The notes under the pieces were generated by a model. It was not told where the DNA came from and made no database searches. It saw nothing but the letters and a program-made list of their open reading frames with translations. This document shows positions 10,084-19,754 of a stretch of DNA of 64,000 bases, in pieces. Origin of the DNA: Pseudomonadota bacterium (lineage in GTDB: Bacteria > Desulfobacterota > Desulfobulbia > Desulfobulbales > CALZHT01); contig JAHJJF010000051.1 of the NCBI GenBank assembly GCA_018823135.1, forward strand, positions 7,674-71,673, read 5' to 3'. Made by a program: the position numbers and the translations under genes. Numbering within the stretch: position 1 is the stretch's first letter; each line of letters opens with the position of its first letter.

Positions 10084-10332
10084 ATGTTTACAAAAGAAGA
10101 GTTATGCAAAAAAATTGCGACAGTATTTCCTGATATCGGCCAATGCGGTATTGATGTTAAAGTTGACTTTGAGGGAATAAACAACGCATGGGTCGTTGAT
10201 CTTACCAAAGACAAACACAACCTCAAGACCTATCTGGAGGAAAATGAAGCCAACGACTGCATGAATGGGAAGCAATGCGTTTCCCTGGGATTGCAGATCG
10301 CCCAACTTCGAAAAAATATTGAGATGACCTGA
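10084..10332 (+). CDS. Small hypothetical protein (82 aa)
   Basis: AAGGAGG RBS 6 nt upstream of the ATG at 10084. Protein-like composition; family not recognised. Confidence 0.55.
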   Translation: MFTKEELCKKIATVFPDIGQCGIDVKVDFEGINNAWVVDLTKDKHNLKTYLEENEANDCMNGKQCVSLGLQIAQLRKNIEMT

Positions 10333-10467
10333 ATACTCGGTAATTAGCGTTTCTAGATCATTACCCTGCACGCTTTAAGAACTGTTCAGGTTATAATATA
10401 TCGCGGACACGGACAGAAAAAATAATTACCCCATACTGGGGTAGAATTACATACACCAAAAAATGAA

Positions 10468-10509
10468 AGGTCGACGCATGAAGAGTTCCATCGTGAGTCG
10501 ACCATTTTT
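10468..10509 (+). terminator. Terminator-like hairpin directly upstream of the DUF2156 start codon
   Basis: GGTCGAC...(21-nt loop)...GTCGACC followed by ATTTTTAT. The long loop makes this weak. Confidence 0.35.
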
Positions 10510-10514
10510 ATACC

Positions 10515-11450
10515 ATGAAATCTTTGAAACCCATATCCCTGGACACCCTGCCGATCTTTTCATCCTATCTTGAAAAGTATCCTCCGGAAATTTCAGAACA
10601 GACATTTACCAATCTCTTTGTCTGGCGAAAATCGAGACCGGTCTGGTTTACTGAAATTTGCGGATCAATGATTATCCTGATTTCCTCAGCCGGATATGAA
10701 AAAGAAGAAAAAATAATTCTCGGCCCTCCCATCGGTCCGGCAAGCCTTACCGAAGTTATCGAATGCATACAATTTCCGTTGAAAGGGGCAATTCGAATCC
10801 CTGCAAAACATTTTCCCTCTCATGAGAATAACCAGTTACAACCCCGACAGGACCGTGACAACTGGGATTATGTTTACAAGACATCAGACCTTGCCGGTCT
10901 TGCCGGTCGTCAATTTTCTAAAAAACGTAACCACATCAAGCAATGTCTACAAAATTATGACTGTGAGTATGAATCCATTTCCCGCACCAACCTTGATGAA
11001 TGCATCCAAATGCAGAAAACGTGGTGCCATTCGAGAAAATGCGGCCAAAATCCGGGATTATGTACCGAATACATTGCCATCAATGAAGCACTCAGACATT
11101 TCGACACCCTTACGATGACAGGAGGGGCGATCAGGGTGGATGGTGCGATACAGGCATACACCCTTGGCGAAAGATTGAACCCGGAAACCGCGGTGTGCCA
11201 TTTTGAAAAAGCGCTTCCCGGTGTGAACGGCCTCTGGCAGCTCATAAACCAATGGTTTGCACAATACGCCCTGGGCGAATTCAAATATATAAATCGTGAA
11301 CAGGATCTGGGGATACCCGGGTTACGGCAGGCTAAAGAAAGTTATTATCCCGATCATTTCGTCGAAAAATTCGATCTTATCCTTTCAGGTTCCGAGATTA
11401 TACCTCTCCAAAAACCAGTGACCTGCATGGATGACGATACCGTTGATTAA
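10515..11450 (+). CDS. DUF2156 domain protein (MprF C-terminal / aminoacyl-lipid synthase-like fold)
   Basis: 311 aa. SEQTFTNLFVWRK near the N-terminus and GRQFSKKRNHIKQCLQNY...TWC in the middle match the DUF2156 pattern as I remember it. Confidence 0.65.
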   Translation: MKSLKPISLDTLPIFSSYLEKYPPEISEQTFTNLFVWRKSRPVWFTEICGSMIILISSAGYEKEEKIILGPPIGPASLTEVIECIQFPLKGAIRIPAKHFPSHENNQLQPRQDRDNWDYVYKTSDLAGLAGRQFSKKRNHIKQCLQNYDCEYESISRTNLDECIQMQKTWCHSRKCGQNPGLCTEYIAINEALRHFDTLTMTGGAIRVDGAIQAYTLGERLNPETAVCHFEKALPGVNGLWQLINQWFAQYALGEFKYINREQDLGIPGLRQAKESYYPDHFVEKFDLILSGSEIIPLQKPVTCMDDDTVD

Positions 11451-11544
11451 ATAATTGAAGTTCCACCTGCCCGCTGATCGGCGGAACAACTGATCAGAGA
11501 GCCCATCTTCAGAATTTCTGCTCCTGAGTCCCGGCATTGCAATG

Positions 11545-13950
11545 CTATTTCTTTTTTGATCTTTGTTTAATCAGCGCCAGATCGAATGCAGTCTGTATGT
11601 CATGAACAAAATGGAATTGTATGCCCTTTTTTACTTTATCGGGCATTTCCACTACATCTTTTTCATTTAAGCTTGGAAGAATCACTTCTTTGATTCCGGA
11701 ACGTATTGCGGCAAGGACTTTTTCCTTTATTCCCCCAACCGGCAGGACATCACCACGCAGGGTTATCTCACCAGTCATCGCTATATTTTTCCGCACCGGA
11801 CGCCCCGTCAACAATGATGCCAGAGCAACAACAATCGATACCCCGGCCGAAGGCCCGTCCTTGGGAATGGCTCCCTCGGGAACATGAATATGCAGATCGT
11901 TTTCAGCAAAGAGCTTATCGTTTATTTCAAGTTCCGCAGTATGAGAACGGATGTAGGTCAATGCCGCGGCAGCCGATTCCTTCATGACATCACCGAGCTT
12001 GCCGGTAAGAGACAATCCGCCTCTGCCGGTCATTTTGGCAGCTTCTATAAAAAGCAGCACGCCACCCACCGGTGTCCAGGCCAGACCCGTTGCCAGACCC
12101 GGCCCCCAGGACCGGGCTTTGGTCTCGGGAAAAAACTGTTGCAGCCCAAGAAAATTTGCCACTTCTTCCGGCGTAATAGTGACAAGTTTTTTCTTGCCGG
12201 AAACAATATCCTTTGCCACTCCCCGACACACCCCGGCAAGCTTTCTCTCGATGCCCCTTACTCCGGCCTCGCGGGTGTAGTATCTGATAATGTGGCGAAT
12301 GGCACTATCGGTAAATCGCAGATTATCGCGGGTCAGCGCATGCGCCTCAAGCTGTTTGGGAACCAGGTGCCGTTTGGCAATCATAACTTTTTCATGTTCG
12401 GTGTAGCCGGAAAGCTCGATTATTTCCATGCGGTCGCGAAGCGGCCCGGGAATATTATCAATAAAATTGGCCGTGGTAATGAACATGACCTTGGACAGAT
12501 CAAAAGGGATTTCCAGGTAATGGTCGGCAAAGGTGAAATTCTGCTCCGGATCGAGAACCTCAAGAAGCGCCGAAGATGGATCGCCCCGAAAATCCATACC
12601 AAGCTTGTCAATTTCATCAAGCATGAAAAGAGGATTATTCGAGCCGGTTTTTCTGAGACTCTGAATGATTCGTCCCGGCAATGCTCCGATATAAGTCCGG
12701 CGATGGCCGCGGATCTCAGCCTCGTCACGCACACCACCCAGGGAAATTCGCACGAACTTTCTGTTCATAGTCCTGGCGATGGACTGGCCCAGGGAAGTTT
12801 TCCCTACACCTGGCGGACCGCTGAAACAGAGAATCGGCCCATGCATGTCATTCTTCAATTTACGGACGGCAAGGAATTCGATAATTCTTTTTTTGATTAC
12901 CTCAAGACCATAATGGTCCTGATCAAGGGTTTTCTGCGCGTTATTAATATCCAGGGTATCCTTGGTGGATACTTTCCAGGGCAGCTCCAAGAGCCAGTCC
13001 AGATACGTTCTTGAAACAGTATATTCAGGAGAAGAAGGAGAAATTCTTTCCAGCCGGGCAAGCTCCTTTACCGCTGTTTTTTGAGCTTCCTCATCCAGAT
13101 CAGCTTCTTTCAGTTTTGTTTTCAGTTCTGCCAGATCAGGATTTTCCTGGTCCTCGCCAAGTTCTTTACGAATGGCCTTCAATTGTTGTCGGAGATAGAA
13201 TTCCTTCTGCTTCCCGTCCATGTCGTCCTTCACGTTTTTCTGAATCGCATTGCTCATTTCAACGGTTTCCAGTCGTCTGGAAAGCTCGCGTGATGTTGCT
13301 TGAAGGAGTTCCTTGAGGTTAACGAACTCAAGCAATCGCTGTTCTTCATCAATGGGCAGATTCAATTGAGAAATTATAAAATAGGCAACATGAGACGGTT
13401 CCTTGATTGAAGAAATGGTCATTTGTAGCTCAGAGGGCAGATTAGACAGATCAGTTAATTTCCTGAACTGGTTCTGCAAATTAAGGACAAAGGCGTCAAC
13501 TTCCTGATCAATATCTCCCTGCATGGGGTATTCTGTTACTTTTGCCTTATAAAATGGTTTTTTTTGAATGAAATCAGTCACCCGGATCCTTTTTACAGCA
13601 CTGACAAGCACTTGATAAAACCCTTCCTGGGCCTTGACCATTTTATGAATATAGCCCATTATCCCCACTGAATGAAGCTCGCCTGGAATAGTTTTTTTAT
13701 CGGCGTTTTCAGTCTGTTGCTGTGAAACAATTGCTACAAGCTTATCCCCCAGAAGCGCTTGATCGATCATCTGCTTGGATTGTGGATTCGTCACCTGCAG
13801 GGGAAATCCCATACCCGGAAAAAAAACAAATCCATAGATGGGTAATACCGACAACACTTCGGGAACCGGCAGTTGAACAGGATTCACCCCGCTGGAGGAC
13901 TTTTTTACGAAATCCGGAGTTTTTTTCATTTTATCAGGTTTATCAGTCAT
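11545..13950 (-). CDS. lon: ATP-dependent Lon protease
   Basis: 801 aa with a LON N-domain, Walker A GPPGVGKTS, and the protease motif DGPSAGV with catalytic Ser and Lys (KEKVLAA). Confidence 0.96.
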   Translation of the reverse strand: MTDKPDKMKKTPDFVKKSSSGVNPVQLPVPEVLSVLPIYGFVFFPGMGFPLQVTNPQSKQMIDQALLGDKLVAIVSQQQTENADKKTIPGELHSVGIMGYIHKMVKAQEGFYQVLVSAVKRIRVTDFIQKKPFYKAKVTEYPMQGDIDQEVDAFVLNLQNQFRKLTDLSNLPSELQMTISSIKEPSHVAYFIISQLNLPIDEEQRLLEFVNLKELLQATSRELSRRLETVEMSNAIQKNVKDDMDGKQKEFYLRQQLKAIRKELGEDQENPDLAELKTKLKEADLDEEAQKTAVKELARLERISPSSPEYTVSRTYLDWLLELPWKVSTKDTLDINNAQKTLDQDHYGLEVIKKRIIEFLAVRKLKNDMHGPILCFSGPPGVGKTSLGQSIARTMNRKFVRISLGGVRDEAEIRGHRRTYIGALPGRIIQSLRKTGSNNPLFMLDEIDKLGMDFRGDPSSALLEVLDPEQNFTFADHYLEIPFDLSKVMFITTANFIDNIPGPLRDRMEIIELSGYTEHEKVMIAKRHLVPKQLEAHALTRDNLRFTDSAIRHIIRYYTREAGVRGIERKLAGVCRGVAKDIVSGKKKLVTITPEEVANFLGLQQFFPETKARSWGPGLATGLAWTPVGGVLLFIEAAKMTGRGGLSLTGKLGDVMKESAAAALTYIRSHTAELEINDKLFAENDLHIHVPEGAIPKDGPSAGVSIVVALASLLTGRPVRKNIAMTGEITLRGDVLPVGGIKEKVLAAIRSGIKEVILPSLNEKDVVEMPDKVKKGIQFHFVHDIQTAFDLALIKQRSKKK

Positions 13951-13981
13951 CGAACCGTCTCTTTGAGTGTGTTGGGAGAAA

Positions 13982-14419
13982 TCATTTCACCTTAATCTTG
14001 ATTGCGCATGACTCTTTCTTCTGTTTCGGGAGCCGTATTAACAGATAGCCGTTCTTACAGATTGAAGTTGATCCTGCAGGATCGATAAGTTGAGGAAGTG
14101 GAATAGTTCGCTCAAAATGTCCGCGCTCAATTTCAAGTTGGTGGATGCAACCGATACTGTCGTTTACCGGAAATACCCGCTCTCCGGAAACCGTTACACC
14201 CTCCTCTTCAACAACTACTGAAAGATCACCCGGTTCCATTCCCATGACATCCATGCACAGAATCAATTCCTTTTCCGTTTCATAGACATCTGTTGCCAGA
14301 AGCCAGGAGCCTGACTGTAAAGGGGTCATTCTCGGCAGAGAAACGTTTCGCATCATTCGGCCCATGTGCCGTTCCATATCCTCAAACTCCTTGAGGATTC
14401 GTTTTTTGAATCGATCCAT
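13982..14419 (-). CDS. Hsp20/alpha-crystallin small heat-shock protein
   Basis: 145 aa with an alpha-crystallin domain (DVYETEKELILCMDVMGM...GYLLIRLPK) and a GAGGTAAG RBS. It lies 31 nt upstream of lon on the same strand. Confidence 0.9.
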   Translation of the reverse strand: MDRFKKRILKEFEDMERHMGRMMRNVSLPRMTPLQSGSWLLATDVYETEKELILCMDVMGMEPGDLSVVVEEEGVTVSGERVFPVNDSIGCIHQLEIERGHFERTIPLPQLIDPAGSTSICKNGYLLIRLPKQKKESCAIKIKVK

Positions 14420-14566
14420 CTCTTACCTCATATAAAAAAATAGAAACCGGGGTTATTGTTGACCGCGGGCCCTTTCCGGTTGAGCTCGGCAAGGCTTGGC
14501 CGCCTTATGAAAATACAACCAGTTTCTATCTCTGATTGTTAATGAAAAACTAAAAATACAGTGATG

Positions 14567-15025
14567 TTATTTATTGAATACGTTTTTCACCTTGTCCATC
14601 AAATTCTGAAATCCACCTCTCCTTGTCCCGGTTTCTCCGAAAAAAACTCCCATCAACGTCTCTATGAGTTTGCTATCGGTACCATGAACGAACTCCAGAC
14701 CCATCTGGAACAGATGAGCATTCCGGTCATCATTTCGATTGAACCAGATCGGTTTAACATGAATTATCTGCTTTTCCACCGATTCGTCCGGAAGCGAAAA
14801 TTCAAGAAACAGACTCAACAGATCACTGTCAAATACCGCATAAAAAAAATGATTATTCTCAAAGAGAACCTGGTCAAGACAGACACCGACCCCCAAAGGG
14901 GTTACATCTTTTAAATCGGCATTCAAAGGCCCTGCAACTTTTTCGTTGGTCACAGCGTCACATATGGTCAATGATACGGTGAGAGCCCCGGGAATTCTTG
15001 ATATTCGTCGTTTATCTTCTTCCAT
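14567..15025 (-). CDS. PilZ domain protein
   Basis: 152 aa with N-terminal RRISR (RxxxR) and DVTPLGVGV (D/NxSxxG-like) motifs. Confidence 0.65.
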   Translation of the reverse strand: MEEDKRRISRIPGALTVSLTICDAVTNEKVAGPLNADLKDVTPLGVGVCLDQVLFENNHFFYAVFDSDLLSLFLEFSLPDESVEKQIIHVKPIWFNRNDDRNAHLFQMGLEFVHGTDSKLIETLMGVFFGETGTRRGGFQNLMDKVKNVFNK

Positions 15026-15418
15026 TAAACCCTGCTTGAAATAAAGTATAAAAATTCTGGAACAGTCTGCGGAAGAAAATCTCCGTCAGGAAGGTAAAAA
15101 CCAAACCTTCAAATACCCCTTGCGGTCAGCTAATTTATATCCATATTACTCAGGGTTACAATTCATGTCAAAACATTGAAGCCGTAACGCTTTTTTTTCT
15201 TCATTATTATCAATAAAATCATAAAATCTTTGTGGTTTTAAAATTACCCATAAACGCATCATCTCAAAAATATAAGAACAAACTTCTCATTTCCTTGTCT
15301 ATAACTTGCAGTTGTGTTAATTTTTCTGAGCATAAACTTCATAATGAGGAACAAAACCAATCCCTTTTTCCCACATCAACAATAATTCTAAACAATAATA
15401 TTCAAGGAGATACTTTCA

Positions 15419-16420
15419 ATGTTTAAACCACTGTCAAAAACTCTGGCTGCTCTTTATATCTTTCTATTCGCCTTCACCCTGACAAACTCAGTGCGCGCCG
15501 AAGAAAAAAAAGCCGCAGAGGATAACGTCGCTGTAGTTAATGGTGCGGTTATTTCAAAACAATATTTCCAAAGGGTGGTCTCTGCGGCTCAATCGCAACA
15601 CCTGGCCCGGACCGGCGCAGAACTGGAAGGAGAGGCGCTGACAAAAGCAAAAGAAGAAATCCTAGAAAATCTCATTGGCGGCGAACTGCTTTTTCAGGAA
15701 AGCACCAAGGCTGATGTCAAAGTTGAAGAAACCATGATCAATGAACAACTTGCCAATCTTAAAAGCAGATTTCCCGATGAAGACGGTTTCAAAGGCTGGC
15801 TCGCACAAATGAATTTTACCGAAGATGAGATTAAAAAAGATATTCGAAAGGGTCTTGCTGTCGATCAATTAATCAAAAATAGTTTTGTTTCTAAAATCGA
15901 GGTCCCTGACCAGGAGATTAAGGCTTATTTTGACAATAATCCGCAGTTTTTCCAAAAACCCGACACAATCCGGGCCAGCCATATACTCATCAAAGTCGAC
16001 CAGAACGCCTCTGCTGAAGACAAGGAAAAAGCCAAGAACAAATTGATTGAGGCCCAAAAGAAATTAAAGGAAGGCCAGGATTTTGCCGCCCTTGCAAAAG
16101 AGTATTCACAATGCCCCAGCAGTGCTGAAGGTGGTGACCTGAATTACTTTGAAAAAGGGCGGATGGTTCCAGCATTTGATCAAACTGCGTTTGCATTAAA
16201 AATAGACGAAGTAAGCGATATCGTTGAGACCAGATTTGGGTACCATCTCATAAAAGTGACCGACATAAAAGCCGGTCAAACCATTACCTACGACGACATT
16301 CAAGGCCAGATCAAACAGTTCCTGGTGCAAGAAAAAGTCCAGAAACAAGTAATGCGACATGTTGAAGAACTGAAAAGCAATGCCAAGATCGAACGGTTAT
16401 TTGATGAGAAGAAATCGTAA
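15419..16420 (+). CDS. Periplasmic PpiC-type peptidyl-prolyl isomerase (SurA/PrsA-like)
   Basis: 333 aa with a signal peptide and a parvulin domain (RASHILIKV...GGDLNYFEKGRMVPAFD...GYHLIKV). AAGGAG RBS. Confidence 0.88.
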   Translation: MFKPLSKTLAALYIFLFAFTLTNSVRAEEKKAAEDNVAVVNGAVISKQYFQRVVSAAQSQHLARTGAELEGEALTKAKEEILENLIGGELLFQESTKADVKVEETMINEQLANLKSRFPDEDGFKGWLAQMNFTEDEIKKDIRKGLAVDQLIKNSFVSKIEVPDQEIKAYFDNNPQFFQKPDTIRASHILIKVDQNASAEDKEKAKNKLIEAQKKLKEGQDFAALAKEYSQCPSSAEGGDLNYFEKGRMVPAFDQTAFALKIDEVSDIVETRFGYHLIKVTDIKAGQTITYDDIQGQIKQFLVQEKVQKQVMRHVEELKSNAKIERLFDEKKS

Positions 16421-16462
16421 CTCAGTTTAAGGTGGTTGTATTTTTTTGAATCAGACTCTGTC

Positions 16463-16516
16463 ATTAAAACATGATTTTCGTTCAGTAGTAATGAAAATCA
16501 TGTTTTAATTTTTTTA
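16463..16516 (+). terminator. Rho-independent terminator after the PPIase gene
   Basis: Perfect 17-bp stem ATTAAAACATGATTTTC / GAAAATCATGTTTTAAT followed by a T7 run. Confidence 0.85.
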
Positions 16517-16576
16517 TAGAGTATGAACGAATCACGATTCAACTGCCCACAGGGCAACATCAAAAAGAGGCTTGTT

Positions 16577-16906
16577 ATGCGTGTGTATCAGATACTCTTG
16601 ATTCTTTTGTTAGTTTTTGCTGTCCCCATGGTTCAGGCGGAAATCAATCCCGGCCCCGAAACCATTAATTTGAAAGAAAAATATAGTATCCAGGGAAAAA
16701 AGAAACCTGTTATTTTTGACCATAAAGCCCATCAACAAAAGCTTGAATGCATAAAATGCCATACTGATGAAAAGGGCAGCAAACTTCTTTTTGAAATCAA
16801 CAAAATCGATACCATTTCAAATGATTTTCACCGGGCGGTCTGCTGGCAATGTCATAAAACAATGAAAGTTGCAATCGGCAAGGACTGCAACGCCTGCCAC
16901 AAATAA
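16577..16906 (+). CDS. Trihaem cytochrome c (c3/c7 family), secreted
   Basis: Three CxxCH sites (CIKCH, CWQCH, CNACH) and signal peptide MRVYQILLILLLVFAVPMVQA. AAGAGG RBS before the ATG at 16577; the ORF track starts at 16523. Confidence 0.85.
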   Translation: MRVYQILLILLLVFAVPMVQAEINPGPETINLKEKYSIQGKKKPVIFDHKAHQQKLECIKCHTDEKGSKLLFEINKIDTISNDFHRAVCWQCHKTMKVAIGKDCNACHK

Positions 16907-16972
16907 TGACTTACGGAAATTCATCATTCATCCACATACTTCAAAAAATCCAATATCTTGAGGAAGAGTAAA

Positions 16973-17593
16973 ATGGCAGAACAGAATGACAGCAAGGATT
17001 ATGTAAAAAAAGAATTAATGTATGCTGTCGCTTTTATTACACTGGTTGTGGGCTTCCTGGGTGGAGTCGTATTCAGTTCTTTTAAAGGAGGCGCGACTTC
17101 CTCCCCCGTCACCTTTTCACAACCGAATCAACAAGCGTCATCCTCCCCGGGTCAACCTCAGGGTTTGACGCCGGAGCAGGCGAATACAATCCTGAGCCTT
17201 GAATCCGAGGTCGCTAAAAACCCGGATAATGTCGAAGCATGGACCAACCTCGGGCATATTTATTTTGACACCCATAAATACGCCAAAGCCATTCGCGCTT
17301 ATGAAAAATCCCTTGAACTTCACCCGGACCGGCCTGATGTTATTACTGATCTTGCGGTAATGTACCGACGCTCGAAAAATCCTGCAAAAGCCATTGAGCT
17401 GTTTGACAAGGCCATGAAAATCGACCCGAAACATGAGCAATCACGTTTCAATAAAGGCATTGTCCTGATGTATGACATGAATGACAAACAGGGGGCCATT
17501 TCTGCATGGGAGGGTCTCCTCGCAGTCAATCCTTTTGCAAGCGGACCGGGAGGACAATCCATCCGTGAGATGGTGGACAATCTCAAAGAATAA
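16973..17593 (+). CDS. Membrane-anchored TPR-repeat protein (NrfG/CcmI-like TPR region)
   Basis: One N-terminal TM followed by three or more TPR repeats (AWTNLGHIYFDTHKYAKAIRAYEKSLEL...). GAGGAAG RBS before the ATG at 16973. Confidence 0.8.
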   Translation: MAEQNDSKDYVKKELMYAVAFITLVVGFLGGVVFSSFKGGATSSPVTFSQPNQQASSSPGQPQGLTPEQANTILSLESEVAKNPDNVEAWTNLGHIYFDTHKYAKAIRAYEKSLELHPDRPDVITDLAVMYRRSKNPAKAIELFDKAMKIDPKHEQSRFNKGIVLMYDMNDKQGAISAWEGLLAVNPFASGPGGQSIREMVDNLKE

Positions 17594-17628
17594 TAGAAAC
17601 AATCCAGCCTGCCGCGTTTCAAAAGGCA

Positions 17629-17667
17629 TAAAAAAAGCCCGCACAAAATTTGTGCAGGCTTTTTTTA
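17629..17667. terminator. Bidirectional rho-independent terminator between convergent genes
   Basis: A7-AGCCCGCACAAA / TTTGTGCAGGCT-T8. About 11-bp stem with one mismatch, and an A-run and T-run on either side. Confidence 0.8.
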
Positions 17668-17686
17668 TGCAATCTACTTTGCAGAT

Positions 17687-18967
17687 CTACGAATCGTCCT
17701 TTTCCCGGTGGCAGAAGAAACAACCGTTAGTATCACTAGGACCGGTTGTGTGTGACATCATGCCTGAATAATCCCAGCGGAGCATGTCGGCATAGGGACT
17801 GCCATGCGACCTGTGACAGGAAACACACATGACCGTATCATTTTCAAGAACTGTTCCCGGGCTGCCCCCCACAAGAATTTTTCCCACCGGCACCAGTGGA
17901 TCATAACTTTTACCAATAACTCCGTTTGCTCCGCCATATTCACTCCCAGCGATATTCCGGATTCTAGCATCAGCAGGATGACGTATCCAGGGGCTATCAT
18001 TCTCACCTGAACCGCTGTAAGGTTCCCAGTCCCCCCAGTAATCTCCAGGAGCATGAAAATCCTGATGGCAACCAGCGCAAAAACGGCCCAATGTAGAAGG
18101 GATGATATAGGGGTCTTCAAAATCCCCGGCATAATAGATATTATGATTGCTGCCGCCAACAATGGCATCCCGTTCCCAGAGCGAATCCTCAACTCCGGTT
18201 ACCGGCTCAACATCTCCCGGTGACACCGAAGTATGCGTCTGCGGTTTCAAAAATCTATACCAACCGCTGCCGGCATCTTCCTGTGGCCCCGGAGAGGGAT
18301 CAGCGCCGTGGTGATCGGGGGTGTGGCAGGCCCTGCAGCCGTTTTCCCTCTCGGGTCCACCAATCTCCTTTTTATGGGCCAGACTTTCATGGCAGTCATT
18401 GGCATTTCCACAACCAATGGGATTACCTGGATTTGCAGTAAGTACCGAATCAATACCGGAAATGCCGTAAACATTATGGCCCCTGCCATCCTTATCAGCC
18501 TGAGAACCGGAGCCGTAAACCATCCAATAGAAATTGCCCCCGGCAAGCTGATTAGTCCCTCCAGGGAGGGGCGTTTTACTTGGTTCCTGCTGATTAAAAA
18601 CGATGGGGACGTTTGTGCCGCCAAGTGAGATTATGGTTTGATTGCCTGAGCTGCTGTGACATCCGACACAGTCACTGATAAGAAGCGTCGACTGCGGCGT
18701 GTGAGTAACGCCGCCTTGAATTCGTCCACCATCCCACCGGGCATACGTTCCGAATGTGCCGATGGCAACCATGGTGCTGGCGTTCTGGCTGTTGTGCATG
18801 CTATGGCAATTGGAGCATTGGCCGGTTACTTTTGCATAAACGGTTGACACGGTCCCTGCCAAAAAAATCAGGCACAAAAAAAGACATCGCCTGAATAACC
18901 CGTTCCACAGGATTCCAGGAATTGTCAGTGATATTTTTTTTCTATATTCCATTTTTAAAGCCCACAC
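17687..18967 (-). CDS. Multihaem cytochrome c (at least 6 haems), secreted or membrane-anchored
   Basis: Six CxxCH sites (CSNCH, CVGCH, CRACH, CAGCH, CVSCH, CFFCH) plus an atypical CGNANDCH. Hydrophobic N-terminus. The start may be the ATG at 18952 rather than the GTG at 18967. Confidence 0.88.
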   Translation of the reverse strand: MWALKMEYRKKISLTIPGILWNGLFRRCLFLCLIFLAGTVSTVYAKVTGQCSNCHSMHNSQNASTMVAIGTFGTYARWDGGRIQGGVTHTPQSTLLISDCVGCHSSSGNQTIISLGGTNVPIVFNQQEPSKTPLPGGTNQLAGGNFYWMVYGSGSQADKDGRGHNVYGISGIDSVLTANPGNPIGCGNANDCHESLAHKKEIGGPERENGCRACHTPDHHGADPSPGPQEDAGSGWYRFLKPQTHTSVSPGDVEPVTGVEDSLWERDAIVGGSNHNIYYAGDFEDPYIIPSTLGRFCAGCHQDFHAPGDYWGDWEPYSGSGENDSPWIRHPADARIRNIAGSEYGGANGVIGKSYDPLVPVGKILVGGSPGTVLENDTVMCVSCHRSHGSPYADMLRWDYSGMMSHTTGPSDTNGCFFCHREKDDS

Positions 18968-19120
18968 TCAACTTCCTGATTAAGTGAAGGCACCATTTTT
19001 CCCAGGAGATTTCAGAAATTAAACATATTTCAAATATTTAAAAATTTTACCAAATATCTCAAATTTATTCAAGAAAGTTTAACCTGTTTGACAGGAAACT
19101 CCAATATCACAACTACAAGA

Positions 19121-19163
19121 TCTTAAAACAAAAAAGTCCCTTGCGAAAAAAAACCAAGGAACT
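19121..19163 (-). terminator. Rho-independent terminator after leuD
   Basis: The minus-strand RNA reads AGUUCCUUG-loop-CAAGGGACU (9 bp including one U.G) followed by UUUUUGUUUU. Confidence 0.65.
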
Positions 19164-19192
19164 TTCTTGAAATATGCATAACAAATGAAAAA

Positions 19193-19714
19193 TCAGTAGT
19201 TTTTATCGGCGTATTGCAACCAGCCGCCGGCACGGACCAATTCACGATCAAACGAATTCAGTACAAAGGGTATTTGCTCTTCTTTGCCACCGCCCTTTGC
19301 AATTACAATGGATTTTTCCATGTCCACGGCAATTTCCGTACCACTGCCTAATTGAAATAACCGATCAATATCTTCTTTACCAAGCGCAATTGCCAACATG
19401 CCGCAATTGAACATATTCTGTCGGAATATCCTGGCAAAACTCTCACCGATTACAACATTTATGTCATTTACTTCAAAAACCCAGACCGCATGTTCACGGG
19501 ACGATCCGCAACCGAAATTCGCTCTTGTAACAAGGGCCCCGGCGTTTTTAAGTTCCGAGGAACTCGGCTCAAATCCAGTCAGCTTCAAATCTTCTAAAAT
19601 ATAGGGTTTCAAGGCCATTTTTGAATTTTCCGTCAGATATTTGGCCGGGATTATCTCATCGGTATTGATATCACTCCTGTCCAGAAAAACTGCAGAACCA
19701 CCAAACTGCTTCAT
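19193..19714 (-). CDS. leuD: 3-isopropylmalate dehydratase small subunit
   Basis: 173 aa with GxNFGCGSSREHA, immediately downstream of leuC. Confidence 0.92.
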   Translation of the reverse strand: MKQFGGSAVFLDRSDINTDEIIPAKYLTENSKMALKPYILEDLKLTGFEPSSSELKNAGALVTRANFGCGSSREHAVWVFEVNDINVVIGESFARIFRQNMFNCGMLAIALGKEDIDRLFQLGSGTEIAVDMEKSIVIAKGGGKEEQIPFVLNSFDRELVRAGGWLQYADKNY

Positions 19715-19754
19715 CTTTATCTCCTTATCTCAAGCAGGTTACAAGCTTGAATTC

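Noticed and set aside
11884-13014. 376-aa + strand ORF, along with other long ORFs at 11621-11887, 11706-11987 and 13011-13316
   Set aside because: It is entirely antisense to the well-supported lon gene. The translation is Gly/Arg/Pro-rich and low in complexity, with no motif. This is a typical shadow ORF of a codon-biased gene.
14478-14490. Sigma54-like GG-N-GC element (GGCCAAGCCTTGC on the minus strand) upstream of hsp20
   Set aside because: The GG-to-GC spacing is one nucleotide shorter than the TGGCAC-N5-TTGC consensus, and the flanking bases do not match. No CIRCE or clear sigma32 box was seen either, so no promoter is called.
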